Shown: positions 55,360-63,849 of the stretch, in pieces
Position numbering within the stretch: the first letter of the stretch is position 1
Layout of the letters: each line of letters begins with the position of its first letter
Source of the DNA: a virus
Virus record (IMG/VR): IMGVR_UViG_3300025141_000030
Length of the DNA: 64,000 nt
Direction: 5' to 3' (one strand)
The notes under the pieces: generated by a model
Told to the model about the DNA's origin: nothing
Seen by the model: the letters and a program-made list of their open reading frames with translations, nothing else
The model's database searches: none
Program-made: the position numbers and the translations under genes

Positions 55360-56157
55360 GTGGCCTCTAAGTTTCGAAGTCAGCTTAAGCCAAACGATGA
55401 TCGGCGCCTTAAGAAGCTAACATATCAGTTAAAGTTTTTACGTGAGGAATCTCTAGAAAGAAATGAGTTTCTTTCCCTGTACAGGTTAGAGCTTCGCGAA
55501 GCGCTATCAGAGTATCTTGCAGAGCTTGGACTTATAGATTCTTCATCAAGCGATCCGGGTGATCCACCTGCACCACCCGATTCAGGAATAGTTCATGACG
55601 ATAATTTTGATGTGCATCCTAAAGAAGAGGATGGCTCGGAAGATGACGAGGAGTCTGAAGACCTCACAGAGCTAAAAAAACTTTATCGAAAAATTGTTAC
55701 CTTCACACACCCAGACAAAGTGCAGCACATGACTGATCTCACTACTGAGGAAAAGCTGGACAGGGCTCAGATATATCGCCAGGCCTGTGAGGCATTTGAG
55801 CTTAGAAGGATGGATGATCTCATTGAGCTGGCCGTGTACCTGGGAATTGACGTTGATATTCCAACGTCTGTTAAGATTGATAGAATTCAGAACCAGATAG
55901 ATCGAATAACGACAGAGTTGGATTCGATGGCTAGCATGATCGAGTGGGTATGGGGAAATAACTTTGGTAATAACTTGGTTCGTGCGCGAATACTTGGAGC
56001 TGTGTGTCACCAGGTGGGAGTAGAACATCAGGATGATGAAAAGCTTATTGATTTTATAAGTCGATATGACAGTGAAGAGGCTCGAGCTAATCGCCGTAAA
56101 GTGGGTACCCGTCCTGAGAGGCGAGGTCATGGCGAGGCTCCGAAAAGACGTGAATGA
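55360..56157 (+). CDS. J-domain-like (HPD) protein
   Basis: 'LKKLYRKIVTFTHPDK ... YRQA.EAF' is helix II, HPD loop and helix III of a J domain. Confidence 0.65.
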   Translation: MASKFRSQLKPNDDRRLKKLTYQLKFLREESLERNEFLSLYRLELREALSEYLAELGLIDSSSSDPGDPPAPPDSGIVHDDNFDVHPKEEDGSEDDEESEDLTELKKLYRKIVTFTHPDKVQHMTDLTTEEKLDRAQIYRQACEAFELRRMDDLIELAVYLGIDVDIPTSVKIDRIQNQIDRITTELDSMASMIEWVWGNNFGNNLVRARILGAVCHQVGVEHQDDEKLIDFISRYDSEEARANRRKVGTRPERRGHGEAPKRRE

Positions 56158-56161
56158 TGCG

Positions 56162-56189
56162 TGTAAATCTAGCGTATTTTTGATAATAT
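56162..56189 (+). promoter_or_regulatory. Putative early promoter for dnaE (leaderless)
   Basis: TGTAAA-N16-TAATAT; ATG 6 nt downstream; no SD. Confidence 0.5.
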
Positions 56190-56195
56190 TAACTC

Positions 56196-59100
56196 ATGGC
56201 AATGACTAAAGAAATTTTCTCACGGATCCGGCCCCCCGACCGGTATGTATCACTTCACAACCACAGCACATTTAGTCCTTTCGACGGCCTAGGTGAACCC
56301 AAGGAACACATTGATTTTGTGCTTTCAAATGAGATGGATTCCTGGGCCCTTACGGATCACGGCAATGGTAACGGCCTGGCACACGCTCACGCCCATGCCA
56401 AGAGGCTTAAGTCAAAGGGTCGAAATTTTAGACAGATCTACGGGGTCGAGTTTTACTTCGTGCCAGACTTAGCAGAGTGGCAACAGCAGTACAACACATA
56501 TCGTCAGGAAAAGAAGCGACCTCCAGAGTCCGAAGACGCCGGTCACGTTGTTGAGGACGCCGATGAGACCAGGTCAAAGCGTTCGGCTACTGATTCCTTT
56601 AAGAAGAGATATCATGTTGCTGTGACCGCCTATAACCACACAGGCCTCCAGAACCTATTCACGTTGGTCAAGAAGAGCTTTAAGTTTGGCTTCTATAGGT
56701 TTCCTCGTATTGACTTTAAGATGCTTAAGGAGCACTCCGAGGGCCTGACTGTGACGACTGCCTGCGTGGGCGGGTATCCCAGCGGCCTAATATATCAGAG
56801 TTTCCCCGATGTTGGATTTATGGACCTTAAGCCCGATCTTGTGGATGATCCTATTGTCATTCGAGAGATTATGGGGAGACTTGAGAACTGTGTCGATCGA
56901 TTCGTGGACGCAGTCGGCCAGGAGAATTTCTTTCTAGAGCTTCAGATGAATAAGATGAACGCCCAGAACCTGACAAATCGGTGTCTGATTGACCTCTCCC
57001 AGAAGACGGGTGTTCCTCTTGTCGTCACAAGCGACGCCCATTATCCAGGTCCAGACTACTGGGAGGCCCGAGAGCTTTATCGTAAGTTACGACCAGGCAT
57101 GCTGGATAAGGAGGGAGCCAATGTGCTACCTGCTCTTGAGGAGCTCCAGTCAGAACTATACCCGAAGAATGCCTCACAGATGTGGGAGGAGTACCAACGG
57201 CAGTATGCCGATAATGAATTCTACCAGGGCACAGAGGAACTAGTCCGTGATGCTATTGAGCGGACTCATGACATGGCCTGGCAACGGTATGAGGAGGTCT
57301 GGTTCGACCAGTCAGTTAAGCTCCCATCTTTTGACAGTCCTGAAAAGTCTGCCTTTAACCAGCTCGTTGACTTGGTCAAGGAGGGCTTGAATCGCGAGGG
57401 CCTCTCTGATAACGAGGAGTACCTACAGCGAGCGTACATGGAACTGTCAGACATTAAGTTTTTGGGCTTTGAGAATTACTTCTTAACTCTTCAAAAGACA
57501 CTGAAGGTTTCAGAGAACGGCACGCTCCCAGGTCCAGGCCGAGGCTCCGGTGCCGGATCCTTAGTCAACTATCTTTTAGACATCACGCATGTCGATCCCC
57601 TCAAGCACGATCTGCTGTGGGAGCGATTCTTGCATCGAAACAAGGCCGGCTGGCCTGATATTGACCTAGACATTGGCAATCGTGATGTGGTTATTGATGC
57701 CGCCAGGCAGCTGTTTGGTGATGATTCGGTCATCCCAGTGTCGAATTTTAACACCCTAAAACTTAAGTCGCTGGTCAAGGATGTCTCTAAGTTCTATGGC
57801 ATTCCGTTTCATGAGGTCAATGCCGTGACAGGACCGCTGGAATCCGAGGTCCAGAATAAGGCTCGCGATCCTAACATGGAGAAGTCAATGTTTGTGCTTC
57901 GACACGAGGACTGCATGAAGTACTCTTCCCGGTATCGTGAGTTCATGCAGGCATATCCACAGGTAGAGGAGAAGGTTGTTGACCTATTCATGCAGAATAG
58001 GTCCATCGGCCGCCATGCCGGTGGCGTGCTAATTTGTCCTGAGCTCGAACGACACATGCCTGTTATCAAGGTTCGCGGAGAATTTCAGACATCCTGGTCA
58101 GAGGGTGTCAATATTCGTAACCTGGAGGAGAACGGATTTTTAAAGTTTGACTTCCTAGGGCTCAAACAGATGAAGATGGTGGAGGACTGCATTAGGCAGA
58201 TTGTAGCTAAGAACCTGGGCCGAGAACCTAGTTTTAGTGAGGTCAAGGCCTTCTATGATGAAAACCTCAACTGTAGGTACCACGAGCCGGAAGATGCCAG
58301 CGTGTTTAGCTATGTCTACCAGCAGGGGCGTTGGCCTGGAATCTTTCAGTTTACTTCGACAGGGGCCCGTAAGTTCTGCGTAGCCGCACAGCCAAAAAAT
58401 ATTACCGAGCTCGCCGCGATCACTGCTATCTATCGGCCCGGCCCGCTCAAGGCCAACGTGCACATCAAGTATGTTAAGGCCAGGAGGGACCCAAGCTCAG
58501 TCGAGTTTGACCATCCGGTACTGAAGGATGTGCTAGGCCCAACCTACGGTTTTATCGTGTTTCAGGAGCAGTTCATGCTCCTGGCCCAGAAGCTCGCTGG
58601 TTTTACTCCAGGCGAGTCCGACAAGATGAGAAAGACCCTTGTCAAGAAGGACCTGACCTCCCTCGGTAAGAAGGTCACCGAGAAAGAGGAACTCCGCAAG
58701 AAGTTTGTTAGCGGCGCTGTCGAGGTTGGAAATATGCCCCGTCGTGATGCCGAGAGCCTATTTGAGAAGATTGCGTTCTTCTCACTGTACGGCTTTAATA
58801 AATCACACGCCGTGGCGTATGCCATCGCCTCCTATTATGGAGCATGGCTGATGACACACTACGAACACGAGTGGCTTTCAACCTGCCTGCAGTCTGAGAA
58901 TCACAACGTCAAGAAGCTTCCAGTCATGATTGCCGAGATTAAAAAGCTCGGATATAAGTTCGCCTCTGCTGATATTAACTTGTCAGGCCGAACGTGGACA
59001 TACTCACTCGAGGCAAAGGCTCTCGTTCCACCGCTTAGCTCATTCAAGGGTGTCGGTGATGCTGCCATGGGGGAGATCCTAGAGAATCGACCGTATCGAA

Positions 59101-59750
59101 ATCTTGACGAGCTGCTTTATGACGAGACAGGAGCGTGGAAGCACTCCAAGATGAATAAGCGCTGCTTTGCAGCACTGACAAAGATGGAGGCGTTTGGGTC
59201 ACTCGAGGAGTTTGATGCCGGTATCCTAAATAACCATCGGCAGATGCACGACCTTATTATTGAAAATTACGATGTGTTAAAGAAGAATCGCTATGGGATG
59301 TCTATTCGAAAGGCGAGAAAGCTCGATGCACCATCCCAGCTTCCTCCTCTGCTGGGTGCTGTTTCAAATATCGAAGACTGGACCCGCGTCGAGAAGATTT
59401 CAAATTTTGCCGAGATTGGTGGCTCCGTAAACGAGGAGCTTGTTTTCCCAGCAGAGGTGATGGCAAAAATTGAGGAGTCTCAGCTTCCATCCCTTCCGAG
59501 TCTATCAGGAAACATTAGGAAAATTGCATGGGGATGCCTGCAGGATATTATCAAGAAGACGTCTAAGAACGGCAAGACATTTTACAGAATCAAGGTGATC
59601 GATCCGCAGAGCAACTACTGTTGGCTTAGGGTCTGGGGTGATATTCCCCCGGCCGCTGCACCTTACACTATTTGGATCTTTGACGTGTCTAATAACGAAC
59701 AGTGGGGCGCCAGCACCAATTCATCTAAAATGAGGCCTGTCGTTGTCTAA
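56196..59750 (+). CDS. dnaE: DNA polymerase III alpha subunit (family C)
   Basis: PHP 'LHNHS.FS..DG', 'LTDHG', 'SDAHY'; 'GPGRGSGAGSLV.Y.L.IT..DP', catalytic 'PDIDLD', 'GRHAGG', 'KFDFLGL', 'YRPGP', 'YGFNKSHA..Y'. Confidence 0.96.
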   Translation: MAMTKEIFSRIRPPDRYVSLHNHSTFSPFDGLGEPKEHIDFVLSNEMDSWALTDHGNGNGLAHAHAHAKRLKSKGRNFRQIYGVEFYFVPDLAEWQQQYNTYRQEKKRPPESEDAGHVVEDADETRSKRSATDSFKKRYHVAVTAYNHTGLQNLFTLVKKSFKFGFYRFPRIDFKMLKEHSEGLTVTTACVGGYPSGLIYQSFPDVGFMDLKPDLVDDPIVIREIMGRLENCVDRFVDAVGQENFFLELQMNKMNAQNLTNRCLIDLSQKTGVPLVVTSDAHYPGPDYWEARELYRKLRPGMLDKEGANVLPALEELQSELYPKNASQMWEEYQRQYADNEFYQGTEELVRDAIERTHDMAWQRYEEVWFDQSVKLPSFDSPEKSAFNQLVDLVKEGLNREGLSDNEEYLQRAYMELSDIKFLGFENYFLTLQKTLKVSENGTLPGPGRGSGAGSLVNYLLDITHVDPLKHDLLWERFLHRNKAGWPDIDLDIGNRDVVIDAARQLFGDDSVIPVSNFNTLKLKSLVKDVSKFYGIPFHEVNAVTGPLESEVQNKARDPNMEKSMFVLRHEDCMKYSSRYREFMQAYPQVEEKVVDLFMQNRSIGRHAGGVLICPELERHMPVIKVRGEFQTSWSEGVNIRNLEENGFLKFDFLGLKQMKMVEDCIRQIVAKNLGREPSFSEVKAFYDENLNCRYHEPEDASVFSYVYQQGRWPGIFQFTSTGARKFCVAAQPKNITELAAITAIYRPGPLKANVHIKYVKARRDPSSVEFDHPVLKDVLGPTYGFIVFQEQFMLLAQKLAGFTPGESDKMRKTLVKKDLTSLGKKVTEKEELRKKFVSGAVEVGNMPRRDAESLFEKIAFFSLYGFNKSHAVAYAIASYYGAWLMTHYEHEWLSTCLQSENHNVKKLPVMIAEIKKLGYKFASADINLSGRTWTYSLEAKALVPPLSSFKGVGDAAMGEILENRPYRNLDELLYDETGAWKHSKMNKRCFAALTKMEAFGSLEEFDAGILNNHRQMHDLIIENYDVLKKNRYGMSIRKARKLDAPSQLPPLLGAVSNIEDWTRVEKISNFAEIGGSVNEELVFPAEVMAKIEESQLPSLPSLSGNIRKIAWGCLQDIIKKTSKNGKTFYRIKVIDPQSNYCWLRVWGDIPPAAAPYTIWIFDVSNNEQWGASTNSSKMRPVVV

Positions 59751-59806
59751 TACAAATAACCAGTGCTATGTATGATAGTATATTAATCTGTCAGGAGGGT
59801 GTTTTT

Positions 59807-60007
59807 ATGAGAAGTTTTGATGAGGTAGTGTTTAGGTCTATTATGGAAACTATTGACGGTGTTCGAGATGATATTAATCTCGCCTCTGAGCCGGCAAAGA
59901 ATGCTATTACTGTGGAAATTTTTGAGAGTGTCATGAGTGCTTGTAGCGATTTTTTAATCTCTTTTCGTGCTGACGGTGAAGAAGATGTGCTTATGCTAGG
60001 CGACTGA
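59807..60007 (+). CDS. Small acidic hypothetical protein
   Basis: ATG 59807 after AGGAGG, within ORF 59768-60007. Confidence 0.5.
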   Translation: MRSFDEVVFRSIMETIDGVRDDINLASEPAKNAITVEIFESVMSACSDFLISFRADGEEDVLMLGD

Positions 60008-60008
60008 T

Positions 60009-60578
60009 ATGAGCCCAAGAGCGAATCCTGAGCTGGTCATTTTTACGGGACCCATGTTTAGCTCGAAGACGACTAGGCTTTTAGACATCTTGGATAGGTC
60101 TACCTATCAGAAAAAGAAGTCAATTTTATTTAAGGCCAGCATGGACAATAGGTATTCTAGGTCCGCCGTCTGCACCCATTCGGGTGTTAAGATGGAGGGC
60201 ATTGCTATTGATTCCGGATCTTCGCTGCTGGAATTCCTATCCCAGTCAGATGAGGTCTATGACACCATCGCCGTCGATGAGGCATTTATGATCGAGGGTG
60301 TGGCTGAGGTTCTTGTTTGGTTGTTTAAGAGGGGAGTTAACATTTATGTGTCATCGCTAGCACTTTCATATAGCGTTAGTGTTTTTGATGAGATGAGTGT
60401 TTTGTTACCGTGGGCAACAAGGGTTGAGGTCTGCACCGCAGTTTGTACAAAGTGTGGGAGTGACGCGTTTTATACCCATAAGAAATGTGACGATGGGAAA
60501 GTGATCGCCGTGGGCGGTGATGATATGTACGAGCCTAGGTGTTGGAAGCACCATCTTATTAGTGAGCAGGATGATTAA
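60009..60578 (+). CDS. tdk: Thymidine kinase (TK1 type)
   Basis: 'GPMFSSKTT', 'D.RY', 'VDEAF', Zn site 'AVCTKCG', 'VGG.D.YEPRC..H'. Confidence 0.92.
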   Translation: MSPRANPELVIFTGPMFSSKTTRLLDILDRSTYQKKKSILFKASMDNRYSRSAVCTHSGVKMEGIAIDSGSSLLEFLSQSDEVYDTIAVDEAFMIEGVAEVLVWLFKRGVNIYVSSLALSYSVSVFDEMSVLLPWATRVEVCTAVCTKCGSDAFYTHKKCDDGKVIAVGGDDMYEPRCWKHHLISEQDD

Positions 60579-60589
60579 CAGGAATTAGT

Positions 60590-61531
60590 ATGATTGAACC
60601 TACAAGCGTAAATTGCGTGATTTATCATGCCGACTGTACCGATGGTTTTGGTGCGGCATACGCTGCATGGAAGCAGCTCGGCAACAGGGCTGAATATCAC
60701 CCCTGTAAGCACGGGTCTGCTCCACCGAACGTGAAGGACAAGGTAGTCGCGATTCTGGATTTCTCATTTGACAATGAGACTACCAAGAAGATGATTGTAG
60801 ATGCCACTGACCTGATCGTGATTGATCATCACAAGTCTGCGATGGTAGAACTACACGATATTACTAATACGCACTTTGACATGGCGAAGTCCGGTGCGAT
60901 GCTGTCATGGGATTTTTTCCATCCAGGCAAGGAGTCACCAAAGTTTATCCAGTATATCCAGGACCGTGACCTCTGGAAGTGGGAGCTTCCGTACTCCAAG
61001 GAGTTTAGCGCAGCATTTGACATGGTGCCCTTCGAGTTCGAGGAGTTTGAGAAGTTTGAGGACGACTCTGTCTTCGATGACGCCGTTAAGCGAGGATCCT
61101 ATATTCTTGCGTACTCTAAGACTGTTGTCAAGAAGGTGTGTGACAAGGCCTCATCTAGGAAGTTTGATGGCATGGATGTCATGGTTGTAAATTCCTCTCA
61201 CTGGATGTCAGAGATTGGTGCTAGGCTGGCCCCTGACTGCGACTTCGCGATGATCTGGTATTATGACCATGAGGATAAGTTTATTAAGGTCAGCCTGCGA
61301 TCTTTTCATGACAAGATTGATGTGTCTGAAATATCCAAGAAGTTTGGGGGAGGCGGCCATCGAAAGGCCGCGGGCTTCCAGCTTCCAGGTAATGCCATCG
61401 TTGATGACCTATTTGACAAGAGGACAACAAGTGGACGACGAAAGAAAAAAACAGCTACGCCAAAGAATTCAGGAGGCGGGTCAAAGGCTGGAGGGAAAGC
61501 TCCCACCAAGTCCGATGCATCCAAGGGGTAG
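60590..61531 (+). CDS. DHH/DHHA1 family phosphoesterase
   Basis: 'YHADCTDG', 'ILDF', 'IDHH', 'QDRDLW', 'VSLRS', 'GGGGHRKAAGF'. Confidence 0.9.
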   Translation: MIEPTSVNCVIYHADCTDGFGAAYAAWKQLGNRAEYHPCKHGSAPPNVKDKVVAILDFSFDNETTKKMIVDATDLIVIDHHKSAMVELHDITNTHFDMAKSGAMLSWDFFHPGKESPKFIQYIQDRDLWKWELPYSKEFSAAFDMVPFEFEEFEKFEDDSVFDDAVKRGSYILAYSKTVVKKVCDKASSRKFDGMDVMVVNSSHWMSEIGARLAPDCDFAMIWYYDHEDKFIKVSLRSFHDKIDVSEISKKFGGGGHRKAAGFQLPGNAIVDDLFDKRTTSGRRKKKTATPKNSGGGSKAGGKAPTKSDASKG

Positions 61532-61658
61532 GAATCCTTACGCCCATATCGCAAAGGTGATAAAGGGTGTCCTGGGCATGTCATACACAGAGGCTCCCAA
61601 CGAGCTGTACGATGATGTCATGGGAATAATTGAGCACTGCGAGCGGAATCCATTCTAG
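61431..61658 (+). CDS. Small hypothetical protein overlapping the DHH gene
   Basis: GTG 61431 after GAGGA; 'HPRGRNPYAHI' segment; 101-bp overlap with the DHH gene 3' end. Confidence 0.5.
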   Translation: MDDERKKQLRQRIQEAGQRLEGKLPPSPMHPRGRNPYAHIAKVIKGVLGMSYTEAPNELYDDVMGIIEHCERNPF

Positions 61659-61666
61659 GACTTGCT

Positions 61667-61855
61667 GTGGAAATAATGATTGTAGTACTTTGTATCGCCG
61701 CCGCATTCTACGCCTGGAGTCGATCGAGAATGTCGACGCATCTCCTGAGGTTTCAAATTTATGTCCTGTCAAAGAGTATAACAGAATCCCTTCACCGCAC
61801 TGAAGAGAATTGTCGACAGATGGAGGGTAATAATGAGCCGCCCGACATGGGATGA
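61667..61855 (+). CDS. Small membrane protein
   Basis: 62 aa, hydrophobic N-terminus, AGGA RBS. Confidence 0.4.
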   Translation: MEIMIVVLCIAAAFYAWSRSRMSTHLLRFQIYVLSKSITESLHRTEENCRQMEGNNEPPDMG

Positions 61856-62255
61856 GATCTGGATGGGCGTTGCGATGATAATCGCCCGAAGGTCGGTCGA
61901 TCCAAGGAATAAGGTGGGCGCCGTCATTGTCAACCATGACGGTACACAGGTTCTCTCCGTGGGATATAATGGTGATTATAAGGGAGGGCCTAATATTGTA
62001 GAGTCTCACGATCCCGGGGAGTCAGGCATGATACACGCCGAGATTAATGCGCTCATTAAGCTGGACTACAACTATCCTCAGGACAAGGTGATGTACCTGA
62101 CACTGTCTCCATGTCGAATGTGTGCCAAGTCCATTGTTAACGCTGGAATTGGTGAGGTGGTCTACAGTCAGGAGTATCGAGACACCTCAGGAGTGGACAT
62201 ACTTCAGGCCGCTGGGATAAAAGTCAGGAAGTTCCCTTCGGATAACAATATTTAA
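61833..62255 (+). CDS. dCMP deaminase (ComEB-like)
   Basis: 'KVGAVIV', 'GYNG', Zn motifs 'HAEINA' and 'SPCRMC'. Confidence 0.92.
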   Translation: MSRPTWDEIWMGVAMIIARRSVDPRNKVGAVIVNHDGTQVLSVGYNGDYKGGPNIVESHDPGESGMIHAEINALIKLDYNYPQDKVMYLTLSPCRMCAKSIVNAGIGEVVYSQEYRDTSGVDILQAAGIKVRKFPSDNNI

Positions 62256-62290
62256 TTGGTGTACCTTTGTATTGGTTAGGGATGTGAAAT

Positions 62291-63559
62291 ATGACTAGAA
62301 AAACTTACGTTCAGCAAATGTGCGAGATGGTTGAGGGGCTTTATCCCGAATCCGACGTTCTCGCTCTTAATGAGCGCCGCCTCGGGCCGTTTTTGTTTGA
62401 GGCTTCTGCTGCGGAGATCAGGGACCAGGCGAAGGAGCTCCGCGATGAAGTCGCTGTTACTCGTGAGAGGCTCGACAAGACTGTCGCTCTGATGCCTGAT
62501 TCTATGGGCTATACACGAAATTTCTTTGAAAAGGTGATAGCAGGAATGCCCAGCGCCTCGAAGATTGCCAATCAGATGGCCGGCGGCGATATGGATGAGA
62601 TGAAGGCCACCGTCGCGTTGGTGGGTACGCAGCTTGCCAATGTCGACGCGATTGAGAGTGTTTTTAGGGCCGGTGCAAACGAGCTGAATACTGTGCTCGA
62701 TACCCTTCCGTCCTGGTCCTCCGCTGGCGCTAACGAGACTATTAAACAGCTTATAGATGGCGATGATGAGCTGGAGGAAAAGAATTTTGAGAGCGTCTTT
62801 CAGAGGAACTGGCGTCCCGCATCCCAGGATGCTGGTTTTTTAAAGAGCGCCACTCGTGCTATTAGTCGGTGGTTTAGTAGCGATAAGCTTATGACCTGGG
62901 CTGGACTGGATCCCAAGCGTGTCTTTCCTGAAATGATAGCACTCAAGAAGGAAGACTTTGAGAGCCTCATTGAGGGACTGCCTGCTGAACGTGAGTCTGT
63001 TGGGGCTGACGACGAGGAAGTTATCGTGTCAGCGGCCGAGGAGACGACAGAGGCACCCGGCGGCGCTGACGACGCCGGTGAAGCTGAAGGTGGTGAAGCT
63101 GAAGGTGGTGAAACTGAAGGTGGTGAAGCTGAAGGTGGTGAAGCTGAAGGTGGTGAAGCTGAAGGCGGAGAGGAAGGCACCGGAGACGAGGCCGATCCCG
63201 AGGATGTGGATGCACCTGGATCGACGCCTGAGCTAAAGATTAGAAAGAACTCGAGGGAGGCGATGGGTCGTGCTAAGGCTAGGATTGAAAAGCTTCGTAC
63301 CGCTATTGCTGCCTATGAGACCAGTCTCGATTCACCTGCCCGAACTACCGCGGCCAGAGAAGCCCGTGAGGAACTACGTGTGGCTATCGCCGATATTATC
63401 GACAGTCTTGCCGGCCAGGACGTGGTCTCCGAGGGTCGAATGGATGACAGGGAGCTGCTTGGACTTGCCAAGGACATCGTGGCCGAGTCAACGAGCGCTG
63501 GAATTACTCGACAGGTGGACGACTACAGGCGCTGGCGCCAACTTGCCGGCATGGTGTAG
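62291..63559 (+). CDS. Acidic hypothetical protein with (GGEAE)n linker (possible late / virion protein)
   Basis: 422 aa; preceded by the ATATTTAA motif; ends 'RWRQLAGM'. Confidence 0.65.
   Translation: MTRKTYVQQMCEMVEGLYPESDVLALNERRLGPFLFEASAAEIRDQAKELRDEVAVTRERLDKTVALMPDSMGYTRNFFEKVIAGMPSASKIANQMAGGDMDEMKATVALVGTQLANVDAIESVFRAGANELNTVLDTLPSWSSAGANETIKQLIDGDDELEEKNFESVFQRNWRPASQDAGFLKSATRAISRWFSSDKLMTWAGLDPKRVFPEMIALKKEDFESLIEGLPAERESVGADDEEVIVSAAEETTEAPGGADDAGEAEGGEAEGGETEGGEAEGGEAEGGEAEGGEEGTGDEADPEDVDAPGSTPELKIRKNSREAMGRAKARIEKLRTAIAAYETSLDSPARTTAAREAREELRVAIADIIDSLAGQDVVSEGRMDDRELLGLAKDIVAESTSAGITRQVDDYRRWRQLAGMV
63077..63166 (+). repeat. 15-bp tandem repeat, 6 copies (GGTGAAGCTGAAGGT), in frame
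   Basis: Six consecutive units; unit 3 has aact for agct and unit 6 ends ggc. Confidence 0.95.
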
Positions 63560-63561
63560 CC

Positions 63562-63840
63562 GTGGGCAAGCTGACCGATAGCGAGATTATTGGTCTCATC
63601 CGCGAGGAGTACCAGAAGAAGGTGCGAGAGGTCGTGGATGAACTGGACTCTTTTATCAAGCTGGGAGCATCGGGCGATGTCAATATCCTCAGTCCAGGCC
63701 TGAAGATTAGAGATCGCGATGCCGGCCTGCTTTATACAATAGAACTCGTTCGTCCCGACGGCTGTCAGGTGGTCAGTGCCGTCGGCGTTGAGTTCTTTAT
63801 CAAGAACGACGAACTTCGAGACAGGTATATACTCGACTAG
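63562..63840 (+). CDS. Hypothetical protein
   Basis: 92 aa, tightly packed on the + strand. Confidence 0.55.
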   Translation: MGKLTDSEIIGLIREEYQKKVREVVDELDSFIKLGASGDVNILSPGLKIRDRDAGLLYTIELVRPDGCQVVSAVGVEFFIKNDELRDRYILD

Positions 63841-63849
63841 GGAGCTGCT

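Noticed and set aside
25509-59750. Inteins or introns in recA, the helicase, nrdJ or dnaE
   Set aside because: Lengths are normal and the conserved motifs are contiguous; no splice-junction or homing-endonuclease motifs seen.
62958-63236. Alternative-frame ORFs with (VKLKV)n or (HHLQL)n repeats
   Set aside because: These are other-frame or antisense readings of the 15-bp tandem repeat inside the 422-aa gene.
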